Shown one piece after another: positions 10,596-22,487 of a stretch of DNA of 64,000 nucleotides. How positions within the stretch are numbered: position 1 is the stretch's first letter; each line of letters begins with the position of its first letter. Origin of the DNA: Octopus vulgaris. Taxonomy: Eukaryota. Location of the stretch: NCBI GenBank assembly GCA_951406725.2, contig OX597838.1, positions 23,374,001 to 23,438,000 of the forward strand, in the 5' to 3' direction. The translations under genes and the position numbers were made by a program. A model generated the notes under the pieces. It did no database searches, was not told the DNA's origin, and saw nothing but the letters and a program-made list of their open reading frames with translations.

Positions 10596-13500
10596 ATGGC
10601 TATTCACATTGGTTGTTTAAATGTTCATGGCCTGTTGTCAAGCTGGAAGCAAGGACGCTTTCTGAATGACATCAGGTCAAGAAATTTGGATGTAATTGTT
10701 GCAACGGAAACCCGGGTGAAGGGGCCAAGAGATCTGCTCCCCCTCCTGAACGGCTACGAGAAATACGTTTCTCCGAGTCGGGCAGGAGGTGGGGGTGGGG
10801 TGTTGGTCCTACTAAAAAGAAACCGGGTAGCCGAGAAAAAGTTGACATTCAGTTGTGGCAAGACAATCAGGCTGGTCGCTATTTACGCACCAAACATTAT
10901 TGGCCCGCAAACTGAATATTTTCGTGGCCTAGGAAAGTTCCTAGCCACGTCGCATTCACTAGTAGTGTTAGGAGACTCTAATACAATATGTGCAGCACAC
11001 ACAGATTGTGTTGGCTCAAACTCGAACATGAACAGAAAATGTAACCCAGGCTTTCGGGATCTGCTAAGTCAATTTCAGCTAGCAGATCCATATAGGTTGG
11101 AGCACCCGAACACTCCACAGTGGACGTGGTCAAATAGTGACGGGTCTACCAGAACATATCTAGATAGGATTTTAATTAGAGAAAAAGATAAGTCCATAGT
11201 TGAGTGTCCACAGTTTTTTCTAGTCAGCTACAGTGACCACAAGATGGTTACCTGTAAACTGACGGTAGATAAGTTGCATAGACAGGGATCTGGCTACTGG
11301 AAACTCAATACGTCCCTTTTGGCGATTGAGGAGTACAGAAAGCGGATCAAGATGTTAATACAGAGGGCATTAACAGGTACCATCATTAATAACAAATGGT
11401 GGTACGCCCTAAAAAGAGCCATCAAATATGAGTCTATTAGGTTTAGCATAAGTTTAGCTAAGAAGGGACGTAAAATAGGAGATGGTCTAGTTAAGGAACT
11501 AGAAGAAGCCTGGAGGACTGGTAATACAGACCAAGCGAGGGTGAAAAGACTGGAGTTAAACCAACATCTTGAAGCCCACCACATGGGAAGTATTACCAGA
11601 ACTAAGTTACGTGCAATGGGAAGTGAAGGAATCAAAGCCGCTGGATGGGCCCGAGTGGTGGAAGCTCGGCAAGGAAATAGTTCCTCTATTCGGTCTTTGA
11701 CGAATCAAAATGGTGTCTTGGTAAACGAACCCGAGAAAATGTGTGAGGTCTTTCGGGAGTACTTCGCCCAGCTGTTCGGGGGTGACGGCGGTCCTGGTGG
11801 TGGGAGAGCCCTCGAGGACTTTCTTACCGGGCTGCCGTGCCTCTCGGGGTCGGATGCGGAGTCTTGCGAAGAGCCAATCACACCTGAGGAGGTGATGGAG
11901 GCTTTGGCCGATTGTAAAGCGGGTAAGTCGCCGGGACTTGATGGTCTTACGTACGAGCTATATAAATGTATGCCAGACTTGTTCGGGCAACTACTGACTG
12001 ACGTGTACGCGAACTGGAAACAGAATGGGTTTATTCCCAGATCTGTGCGCCGGGGAGTAGTGACGTTGGTCAGAAAGGACCCGAATAAGGGGGACGTTCT
12101 AGAGAATTTCAGGCCCATCACTCTGTTAAACGCAGAAGTGAAGATTTTGGCCAAGGTTCTAGCAAAAAGGTTGGCGCGTGTCGCGAATGGTATAGTCGGA
12201 GAGGCACAGACATGTGCCATCCCAGGCAGAACCATTCAGGATACCCTCCATCTTATTCGCTATACCATAGAGAGGGTTGGTAATAAATCTGGCAAAGGTG
12301 GGGCATTGGTGCATTTGGACCAGTCTAAAGCTTTTGATAGGGTTGACCATCGATACCTAGCGACTGTACTTGCGCGGTTTGGCCTGGGTCTTGGCTTCCT
12401 CAGGTGGTTTATCGCTTTGTACCACAACATTGACTCGATAGTTCGGGTGAACGGTTTCCTCTCGAAGCCGTTCTGCATCAGACGCTCGGTTCGTCAAGGA
12501 TGTCCGCTTTCACCACTTTTGTATGTGATGGCTCTCGAGCCATTACTGCAAAGGTTGAGTGGCATCCCGAGAGAACCAGGACTAGAGGAGTTTGTTGCGG
12601 CTTTCGCGGATGATATCACTATCAGTGTAACCACAGTAGCACGCCCACGTGAAGTAGGTAAGACTATTGAGGCTTACGAGGAGGTAGCAAGAGCATAGAT
12701 TAACCGGGAAAAGTCGGTCGGCTTGCAGCTCGGCACCTGGGTTAGCAAGTCGATGCCTGCGCTGGACGGAGGGACCGGTTAAGTTGCTGGGAGTCTGGTT
12801 TGGACCAGGCCTCCAGATAGAGAAGAACTGGACGGAGGTATTGAGCAGGGTGGCTGCAGTAGTCAAGACCTGGTCTTGGCGGTGGCTATCCCTGAAAGGG
12901 AGGGCGGATGTGGCCAATGTGTTTATCGCATCGGTCATTACCTACCGCCTGACCGACGTGCCCTGTCCGGATTCGTGGTTGATCAGGTTGGAGAGACAGC
13001 TCTTTCGCTTTTTGTGGAAGGGCAGGTCGCCACTTGTGAAACGCTCTGTCTGCTGTCAAAAGCCTTTAAAGGGAGGTTTAGAGATGCCTTGGTTAATGAT
13101 GCGCAGACATGCGTTGAGGTTGAGGCACCTCTGGATTCTCCTGGATAGTGAACAGGTGTGGTCTCCGCTAGCCAGACAAATGTTCCCTGAGTTCAAGAGT
13201 TTTGCGAACAGGAAGCCTGGTGATCTCGTAGACCGAGGTCGAGTGAGTGGCATAAAGAGTGCCGTAAGCCCCTCTTGCTGTTCCGGCGCTCAGGCAACGC
13301 CAGCGGTGGGGGTTCCACACGGATTTTATATAGTGGGTTGGTAGAGTCTGAATGTGACGATGGCCTGGGGTCGACTCTAGGTCTCGGATTTATTCAACTG
13401 GACAGCTTGTTTAATCGTACATTCGGGTTGAGAACGTTGGACAACTTCCAAAAGTCCTTAACCTGGCAATGCTACAGAGGTGCCTTGCCCGTTTGGGATA

Positions 13501-13936
13501 AGCTCGCAAGACATGGTAAACGTCAGTCGCCGACCTGTCCAAGATGCGGGGGTACAGGGAAACCGTCCCTCACGCTATTGTTCAGTGTCCGGAGACAACT
13601 GAAATGTTGGCTTATGCTGAACATCTGTTGTCCGGCGAAGGAAGAGTACGGCTGTCGACTGAGTCAATTATAAAAATTGACCCACCGGGAGTTCTAACGA
13701 ACGATGGTAAGAATTGTTTTCTCACGGTTGTAGCAATAGCAAAAGAGGCAGTATGGAAGACTGGGATAAAAGGAATTAAGACAGGCAACTTTATCTCTGG
13801 TGACAATTTACGATCCTTTTTTTCTTTTCATTTGAAAAGGAAACTGTGGCTGGAGAAGAGGTGTCTGTCAGAGTGTACGTTCCAAAAGAGATGGAAGTAT
13901 GTTGCACGAGTGTTGTGCGTGCAAGGAACCGTGTGA
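10596..13936 (+). pseudogene. Tx1 ORF2 (apurinic-like endonuclease + reverse transcriptase + CCHC)
   Basis: GCLNVHGL, ATETR, VLGDSN, YLDRIL, YSDHK, GYWKLNTSLL, KSPGLDG, NFRPITLLN, LDQSKAFDRVDH, VRQGCPLSP, FADD (12603); stop at 12696-12698 and later frameshifts; CPRC..ETVPHAIVQCP. Confidence 0.92.
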
Positions 13937-14181
13937 AATGACGAGGGGGAAAAAAAAGGAAAAATAAAAAGGTATCAGCGGTAGATCGGGACTTGTGGGA
14001 TCGGAGCGTAACTTGATCATCGCTTCATTTGTATTGTTTTTGTACTGTGTATTCCATTCGATTTTTATGTATTGTATTTTATTTTTGAAGTCACATTTAT
14101 GTAAAATCATATCGATTCACTGATCCCATCAGTTGTACTGTCCATATCTATGTTTGGCCCCCGGTGGGCAATAAAGAAATT

Positions 14182-14734
14182 CGTATTTCGTCTGCCGTTA
14201 CGTTGTGAGTCCAAATTCCACCGAGGTCCACTTTGCCTTTCATCCTTTCGGGGTCGATAAATTAAGTACCAGTTACGCACTGGGGTCGATGTAATCAACT
14301 TAATACCTATGTCTGTCCTTGTTTGTCTCCTCTATGTTTAGCCCCTTGTGGGTAATAAAGAAATACGTATTTCGTCTGCCATTATGTTCTGAGTTCAAAT
14401 TACGCCGAGGTCGAATTTGCCTTTCATCCTTTCGGGGTCGATAAATTAAGTACCAGTTACGCACTGGGGTCGATCTAATCGACTTAATCCGTTTGTCTGT
14501 CCTTGTTTGTCCCCTCTATATTTGACCCCTTGTGGGTAATAAAGAAATATGTATTTCGTCTGCCATTATGTTCTGAGTTCAAATTCCGCCGAGGTCGACT
14601 TTGCCTTTCATCCTTTCGGGGGTCGATAAATTAAGTACCAGTTACGCACTGGGGTCGATGTAATCGACTTAATCCTTTTGTCTGTCCTTGTTTGTCCCCT
14701 CTATGTTTAGCCCCTTGTGGGCAATAAAGAAATA
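14182..14734 (+). repeat. Three tandem ~184-bp family-B SINE units, each beginning at the Tx1 target sequence
   Basis: Units 14182-14365, 14366-14549 and 14550-14734 each start (C/T)GTATTTCGTCTGCC and end GTGGG(T/C)AATAAAGAAATA. Confidence 0.93.
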
Positions 14735-14832
14735 AATATCTATTACGGCCATGCAGAACGAAGAGATGAAAAAAAAAAAAAATCCGTGCCAGGGGCAGCT
14801 ACTCTGCATTTACTCATTTCATCGTTCACATC

Positions 14833-15034
14833 ATGTCGGATCATAACTCCCCACTTTGTAATTCATCACATTTGAGACTTATCATTAACGCTGATGATGT
14901 CGGTTATAGCCAGATCAGAGACGAAAGTATTGCCGAGTGCATAGACGCCGGCTCAGTCACCAGCTGCTCTTTATTGGTGAACGGTGTCTCTGCTAAGTCT
15001 ATTATTATAGCAAGGTGCTCCAAAGTATCACTCG
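14833..15034 (+). CDS. YDJC: Carbohydrate deacetylase YdjC/ChbG, exon 1
   Basis: LRLIINADDVGYSQIRDESI...GSVTSCSLLVNG (ADD.G motif); donor GTATAT at 15035, phase 1. Confidence 0.92.
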
Positions 15035-15151
15035 GTATATTTATTGTTTACATATCTCACACAATAACATTCTCAATGGACAATTCTCGCCAAGTCAAAA
15101 CAATGTAGTTTTGACTCGGCATTTGTTTATTCTGTTTTTTTCTTTCTTTTC

Positions 15152-15570
15152 GGCAATCTTTCGTCTCTAGTAGACCTTTCCGTCGATTTCCGTAAAAAAA
15201 TTTTTTTTTTTTTTACATATGGGCTTGCGGGAACTTTTGAAGTAATGAGAGCGAAAGAGACTAAGAGAAAGCGATTGTATGACGAGGGAAATTCTTTTGA
15301 AGTTACCGTGCATGGAAAGCATTGATGTACATACATGTGTGTGTGTTTGATGGGGTGTAGGAGACAGTATGTTGTGTAAGTGAAGTGCTTCTGTTAGTAT
15401 GTGTGAAGTGACAGAGTAATGTGTGAAAGAAAGAGATAACTGAAATTTTTTACTCGGTGTATGTGTATATGTATGTATATTACTTCAAAAGTTCCCGCAA
15501 GCCCATATGTAAAAAAAAAAAAAATTTTACGGAAATCGACGGAAAGGTCTACTAGAGACGAAAGATCGCC
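15152..15570. mobile_element. MITE with ~95-bp TIRs and GG termini (Merlin-like), copy 1
   Basis: GGCAATCTTTCGTCTCTAGTAGACC...GGTCTACTAGAGACGAAAGATCGCC; flanks TTCTTTTC / TTGTTTTC (8 bp, one mismatch). Confidence 0.85.
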
Positions 15571-17089
15571 TTGTTTTCTTTTAGCTCGTGTGGGTTACAC
15601 TTTGCAAATTATATATTGCATGTTATCTACTTTTGTCGTTTTGGGTTTTTTTTTTTTCCTTTTGTTTTTTAAATATAAATCTGGACGGAGCATGGCTGTG
15701 TGGTAAGAAGCTTGCTTCCCATCCACTTAGTACATGGTTCCGGGTTCAGTCCCTCTGTGTAGCACCTTGGGCAAGTGTCTTCTACTATAGCCTCGGACCG
15801 ATTAAAGCCTTGTGAGTGGATTTGGTCGACGGAAATTGAAAGAAGCCCGTCGTATGTGTTCAAATTCCGCCGAGGTCGACTTTGCCTTTCATCCTTTCGG
15901 GGTCGATAAATTAATATTATATATATATATATATATATGTAATTATAACAAAAATATGTCTCATACATATTATTGTAGAAAAAGGAAATAGTAGTCCTTT
16001 GGCTGCTATTTCTAAAATTTTCGGTATGTGGTCATGCAACTTGTTATAATTATATAAGTTTTTACCGAATATGGTCCTTTTCCATACCGAAATACTACTC
16101 GGTGAAATTTGTTGATTTTATTAAATTAATTATCTTTCACCCTATATCTGTAATGATATATGTATTTGTTATTTGTCTTGGCCACTGATGTTGGTGTGTT
16201 TACGTCCCCGAAACTTTAAGGTTCGGCAAAAAGAGACCTGTAGAATAAATCCTGAGGTCGATTTGTTCGACTAAAGGTGGTGCTCCAGCATGGCCGCAGT
16301 CAAATGACTGACACTAAAGAGTAAAAAAATTAAAAGATATATGTATATAATGCCAGTTGATCATATACCCGAAAAAGAAGTGAACTCTAAACGTTAGAGT
16401 AGAATAGTTATGTGGTTACAGACCGGCCAGATAATTAACTTAATAATGTTTATTTGGGGATGGCCATATTTGGCCAAATAAACACACATGCTCTATATAT
16501 TTGGTCTTCACTTGAACCTTGTCATCATTATTATTATAGTTTATTTGCCAAACTCTGTCGTCCCAAGTCCTATGACCTCGTTAATGATTCTTTATGCCAT
16601 ATATCACTCTTTGTTCTGCTTAACGCATTAGCAAAATATCACTGAGAATAACAATATCTGTTTCAACGCTTGGTTTCACTTCAAGAATCTTGCGAAACAC
16701 ACTCACTCACGCACGAGTGGACCATCGTCAGTTTCGGCGATCAACTGAATTAGCTTGCGAATGGCCGAAAATTTCATGGACACGTGTACATTTCACGTAA
16801 TTCTCAGGTAGAATCTAGAATCAGCCTAGAATAGTATGTACGAAGGTGTGCCTTTGAATTCCAGGTAAAACCCACCAGACGCTCGTCTATATAGGTTCTG
16901 TCAAGCCAATTTCACTCACAAAGTGGGTCTTCTTGGGATTTCATGCTTACAAAGCCAACTTTTTAATCGTTCAGTCACATTGTACAACCACCTACCCCCA
17001 CCTCTCCCTCTCCATCTCGCTCCCCCTCCCTCTCTCTCCCTCCCTCCCTCTCTATATATGACTGCAATGTTATGACTGAAACAAGTAAA

Positions 17090-17125
<36 letters not shown>

Positions 17126-17147
17126 GTATGTTTATGAATGTTTATAT

Positions 17148-17196
<49 letters not shown>

Positions 17197-17932
17197 AATA
17201 TATACATAATTATATATATAAATATATACATAATTATATATATAAATATATACACACATATATATATACATATATACACACATATATACATATATATATG
17301 TGTGTATGTCTGTATGTCTGCCTTCAATGCTGGTATTGGTTGGACAGTTTGACAGGAGCCAGCCAGGTAGAGGATTACCCCCGGCTATTATGTCTGTTTT
17401 GGCATTGTTTTTATGGTTGCATGCCGTTCCTAACACCATTCACCCCACAGAGTGGACTGAGTGTTTTTTACATGGCACCAGCACAGGCGAGGTCAGTTTT
17501 GGCACGGTTTTTAGTGCTGGATGCTCTACCAAACGCCAACCACTTGAAGAATTTTAGTCAACTTATCAACTCCAGTACTAATAATCATAATTATTTTGTT
17601 TTTGTAAAGGCTGGTTCTTTCTTCTGTCAGTCACTTTTGCTGAACTTCTAAGTTATGGGGACATAAACATACCAACACTGGTTGTCCAATGATGGTGGGG
17701 AACAGACACACAAAGACACACATATATACATATATGTGTATTTAATTGTTTTGAGAAAGAAGATTGATTTGAAATTCTCTCACAATAAAGAGGTTTGGAC
17801 TTAGAAGTGCTCAAAAGTAACTTGAGACAAAAGATATAAGTATGTAATATGAAGAAACAAAAGACCTGGTAATTCAATCCACAAACATGACTCTGATTAG
17901 AGATGGATTTAAAGGACATGATAGATTTAAAA

Positions 17933-18100
17933 TATATTGGATTGGTGCATAATTATTGCGGCTTTTTTTCAACAAATTTTATTCAACAAAAACAATAACA
18001 ACATGTAACAAAAACATTTTTAAATGATTATTCCGGAGCATATTCACTATCTACTTCAATTTCTGCTTCCTGTTTGCTTGGCAGACGGGTCAGACCATTA
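17933..18100 (-). mobile_element. mariner-like terminal fragment
   Basis: TATTGGATTGGTGCATAATTATTGCGG mariner-type terminus; short minus-strand RLPSK...EVDSEYAPE* piece. Confidence 0.5.
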
Positions 18101-19063
18101 TTTAAAGATATTTTTGTTAAAAATTGTTATTGTTTTTTATGGAGATGTACTTGCATAGCAAGTGACCTGATCTGCTTATTTTAGATTTTATATATATATA
18201 TATATATATATACATAAACGTCGAACAACAAGAATGAGTGCTCAACATCGCAATGGTAGATGGAATTTCTTTATTTGTGTATTAAGGCTACCATTGGTTT
18301 CATGCTAAGAAAAATATCTTAATATCCTAACCCTTTTTCAAATGAATCGTGCAGAAGAATGGTGTTCATCTTAATTTGGGATGAAAACAAATGAATTAAC
18401 TCTACTAAATATTGTGAACACATTTCCTTCCAATTGTTTCTACAAACTCTCTTTCTCCCCCTCCTCTCTCTCTCTCTCTCTCACACAGATACACACACAC
18501 ACATACACCCCCCCACACACACAATACATATAGGTAAATCATGAATTATGTTTACAAGTGTAATGTTAGACCTGTCATGAATATGTGTGTTTTTTAGGAC
18601 TTCATCTGTCAAAATATTTTCTTTCTCCCCTGTCCAAAAATGTTGGTTTTTTCATTTTTCATTTTTAATCACAAGATCTATAAGGATACATGTCATCATC
18701 ATCATCATCATCATCATTATCATCATCGTCATTTCATCGTTATCATTTTTCATGTCCACTTTTCCCTGCTTGCATGGGTCAGGCAAAATTCTTAGCGGCA
18801 GAATTTTTTTCTATGGCCTCATTCTCATCTCATCACCTAATACAAGAGCACTTTCAGTTGGGTCCCACCTGCCCCAATAAAGTTCCTTCCATCGCCCTCA
18901 AATAACACTTGCTGTATATGGCTGTGTGGTAAGAAGCTTGCTTCCCAACCACATGGTTCCGGATTCAGTCCCACTGCAAGTGTCTTCTATTACAGCCTCA
19001 GGCCAACCACAGCCTTGTAAGTAGGCTTGGTAGATGGAAACTGGAAGAAGCCTGTTGTATATA

Positions 19064-19282
19064 TATTGGATCATCCCATAAATAATGTGGTTTTTTTATA
19101 CTTTTATTTTTCAAAATTAAGATAAACACAGTTCTTTTTAAATCTAAAATATACTCTCCTTCATTTTCTACAATGCTCTTCCATCTATCTGGTAGACTTG
19201 CAAGGCCCCTCTTCCAAAATTCACTTGTCCATGATGAAAAATGCTCCTCCAATACTGTTCTGACTTTGGCTACAGAATTCAT
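19064..19282 (-). mobile_element. mariner transposase C-terminal fragment plus TIR
   Basis: EFWKRGLASLPDRWKSIVENEGEYI matches the mariner C-terminal consensus; TATTGGATCATCCCATAAATAATG terminus. Confidence 0.75.
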
Positions 19283-20168
19283 ATTGGCGTTAGGAAGGGC
19301 ATCCAGCTGTAGAAACTCTGCCAGATCAAATTGGAGCCTGGTGCAGCCATCTGGTTTGCCAGTCCTCAGTCAAACCATCCAACCCATGCCAGCATGGAAA
19401 GCAGACGTTAAACGATGATGATGATCTATGTGTGTGTGTCTGTGTTCATTCCCGCCCACTTATCCATTACCACTTGACAATGAGTATTGGAGTGTTTACT
19501 TCCTCGTAACTTGGTGGTTCAGCAAAAGAGACTGATAAAATAATTGTCAGGCTTTAAAAAAAATACCTACTGGGGGGTTGATTGATTTGACTGAAAATTC
19601 TTCATGATAGTGCTCCAGCATGGCTACAGTCAAATCACAATAAAAGATAATGAGATTGAACCTGAAACCACATAGTTGTGAAGCAAGCATCTGATACACA
19701 CAGCCACACCTGCACAAGCACCAATAAAATAATTATATGTGTTATCACGTGATCACGTGACCGACCAGACCATCAGATGTTGTTACACATCACTGGTCAC
19801 AATGCTTTCGCATTGTTTTAGCCTTCGAATGACGCCACCCCGCTGGCTAAGCGAGCAGGCCAACAGAAGAAAGAGTGAGAGAAAGAGTGGTGAAAGAGTA
19901 CAGCAGGGATCACCACCCCCTGCCGGAGCCTTGTGGAGCTTTTAGGTGTTTTCCCTCAATAAACACTCACAATGCCCGGTCTGGGAATCGAAACCGCGAT
20001 CCTGCGACCGCGAGTCCACTGCCCTAACCACTAGGCCATTGCGCCTCCACATGTGTGTTATAGTGGGGTTAATTAGATTGTTAACTCTCCACCACTATCA
20101 TTTGTATCAATTTATGAAACGAGATGCATTGTTGTAACTGAGGTAGTAATTTCCTTTTTAATTTCTAG

Positions 20169-20302
20169 GACTTCATCTCAACTTAACAGAAGGTTGTCCT
20201 ATTGGGTCCTCATACGATACCCTGACAAATGAAGAAGGATTCTTTCGAGGCAAATTTGGATTTCGAGAAGCCATTGCCAATGGAAAAATTGATTCGGAGG
20301 AG
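20169..20302 (+). CDS. YDJC: YdjC exon 2
   Basis: (G)LHLNLTEGCPI...EEGFFRGKFGFREAIANGKIDSEE; acceptor TTCTAG, donor GTATGC. Confidence 0.93.
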
Positions 20303-22079
20303 GTATGCATACAGTCTTAATTATCCTTTTCTACTCTGGGCACAAGGCCCAAAATTTTGGGGGAGGGTGTTAGTCGATTAGATCGATCCCGGTATGCAAC
20401 TGGTACTTAATTTATCAACCCTGAAAGGATGAAAGGCAAAGTCAACCTTGGCCGAATTTGAACTCAGAACGTAAAGACAGACGAAATACTGCTAAGCATT
20501 TCACCTGGCATGCTAACGTTTCTTATTTCTTTATTGCCCACAGGGACTAAACACCCGGTGTGCTAACGTTTCTGCCAGCTTGCCACCTTATACAGTCTTA
20601 ATTATGTCTGTCTAAACTTTACTATGTATATTTGTGGTTTTACCATCTCTTTTTCTCTATACCTTCTGCTTCCACTAAAGGTAGGTTAGGACAGTCTGCT
20701 TTTGTGAAAGCTGTTGTGTATGCAATAATGGCCAATTCATTTCCTTAATGATAGGTGCCTGTATGACTGTGTGGTTAAGAGGCTTGCTTCTCTACTATGT
20801 GGTCCTCAGTTCAATCTCATTGCACAGCCCCTTGGACAAGTGTCTTCTTATATAACATGGCCCTCTGTTGATTATGATGACAAGGGTTCCAGTTGATCTG
20901 ATTGACAGAACAGCTTGCTTGTGAACTTAACGTGCAAGTGGCTGAGCACTCCTCAGACATGTGTACCCTTAACGTAGTCCTCGGGGAGATTCAGGGTGAC
21001 ACAGAGTGTAACAAGGCCGGCCCCTTTGAAATACAGGTACAAGAGAAACAGGAAGAAAGAATGAGAGAAAACTGTGGTGAAAGAACTCAGCAGGATTTAC
21101 CACCACCTCCTGCTGGAGCCTCGTGGAGCTTTAGATGTTTTCGCTCAATACTCACAATGCTTGGTCTGGGAATTGAAACTGCGATCCTACAACTACAAGT
21201 TCACTGCCCTAACCACTAGGCCATTGCGTCTCCACATCTTCTTATGTAGCTCTAAGCTGATTGAAGTCTTGTGAGTGGAAATTGAAAGATACCTGACCTG
21301 TGTGTGTGTGTGTTTAAAGTCCTTGTGACTTGGCAGTTCAACAAAAGAGACTGATAGAATAAGTACGAGGCTTAAAAAAGATAGCTATATATATGTATGT
21401 GTTTGTGTGTGTGTGTACATATATATATGTATACATACATACATATATATGTGTATGTATATACCATATTTAAATGTGTATAAGAAACCCTTTTTTGTCA
21501 AAAGTTAGGTTAAAAATGGCTACAATAGCCTGTGTTCATTTTGAAGTTGCTAACTGCATATTGTCCCATACAGTCCACTCAGCTGGCAAAAATGAACAGG
21601 AACTGTATTGCAAACAGGGCCATTGCTAAGCTCCTCAACCCCAGCAGTCACAGGGGGCTTCTGTAGTTGAGGGGGGCACCATGTTATGATGAAAGTATGT
21701 TGATGAGTCATCTATTTACTTTGGTTAAGAATTAAAACTATCCATGTTAACTGAAAATTTCAAGAAGTAAAATGGGAATACATTGTACTTGCAAAAGTTC
21801 TTGTAAATGTATTACATTGTACCACGAACGTGTACCAGACTTTGTGAATTGTCAATGATGTCTATCGAACACGAACTTAGCTCTTAGCTTGAATATTCTG
21901 AACTGATCGATGATTTTGCAAAGCAAAAAGTGCCCCGTGTTTGTCTTTGAAAGTTCCCTGGATTATAAATGTGCTCTTTTGTTCATATCTGGAAGTTTGT
22001 AATAGACCTAAATAAATTTAACTTGTTGTACTTTTAAAGCTGTTCTTTGGGATAACGTGAAGTATTGGGATAACGTGAA

Positions 22080-22487
22080 GGCGCACGAGTGGCTGTGTGG
22101 TAAGTAGCTTGCTAACCAACCACATGGTTCCGGGTTCAGTCCCACCTGCGCGGCATCTTGGGCAAGTGTCTTCTGCTATAGCCCCGGGCCGACCAGTGCC
22201 TTGTGAGTGGATTTGGTAGACAGAAACTGAAAGAAGCCTGTCGTATATATGTATATATATATATATATATGTGTGTGTATGTGTTTGTGTGTCTGTGTTT
22301 GTCCCCCTAGCATTGCTTGACAACCGATGCTTGTGTGTTTACGTCCCCGTCACTTAGCGGTTCGGCAAAAGAGACCGATAGAATAAGTACTGGTCTTACA
22401 AAGAATAAGTCCCGGGGTCGATTTGCTCGACTAAAGGCGGTGCTCCAGCATGGCCGCAGTCAAATGACTGAAACAGGTAAAAGAGAG
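22080..22487 (+). mobile_element. tRNA-derived SINE (family A, the most abundant here); other copies e.g. 23762-24330(-), 28657-29059, 29762-30165, 31400-31808(-), 41554-41941, 53786-54178(-), 60724-61145
   Basis: A-box-like TGGCTGTGTGG, GGTTCAGTCCC, conserved ccttgtgagtggatttggtagacggaaactgaaagaagcc, internal (TA)n/(TG)n tract, tail aaatgactgaaacaagtaaaagag. Confidence 0.88.

Larger units (their letters stand above)
8894..14181 (+). mobile_element. Full-length Tx1-clade (L1 superfamily) non-LTR retrotransposon, about 5.3 kb, mildly disabled
   Basis: ORF1 with zinc knuckle, ORF2 with APE, RT and C-terminal CCHC, 3' UTR ending AATAAAGAAAT; exact 16-bp TSD CGTATTTCGTCTGCCG at 8878-8893 and 14182-14197. 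Confidence 0.93.

Noticed and set aside
16975-17651. YI/HT/VC-rich ORFs here and at many similar loci
   Set aside because: Translations of (TA)n, (CA)n and (TG)n microsatellites and SINEs
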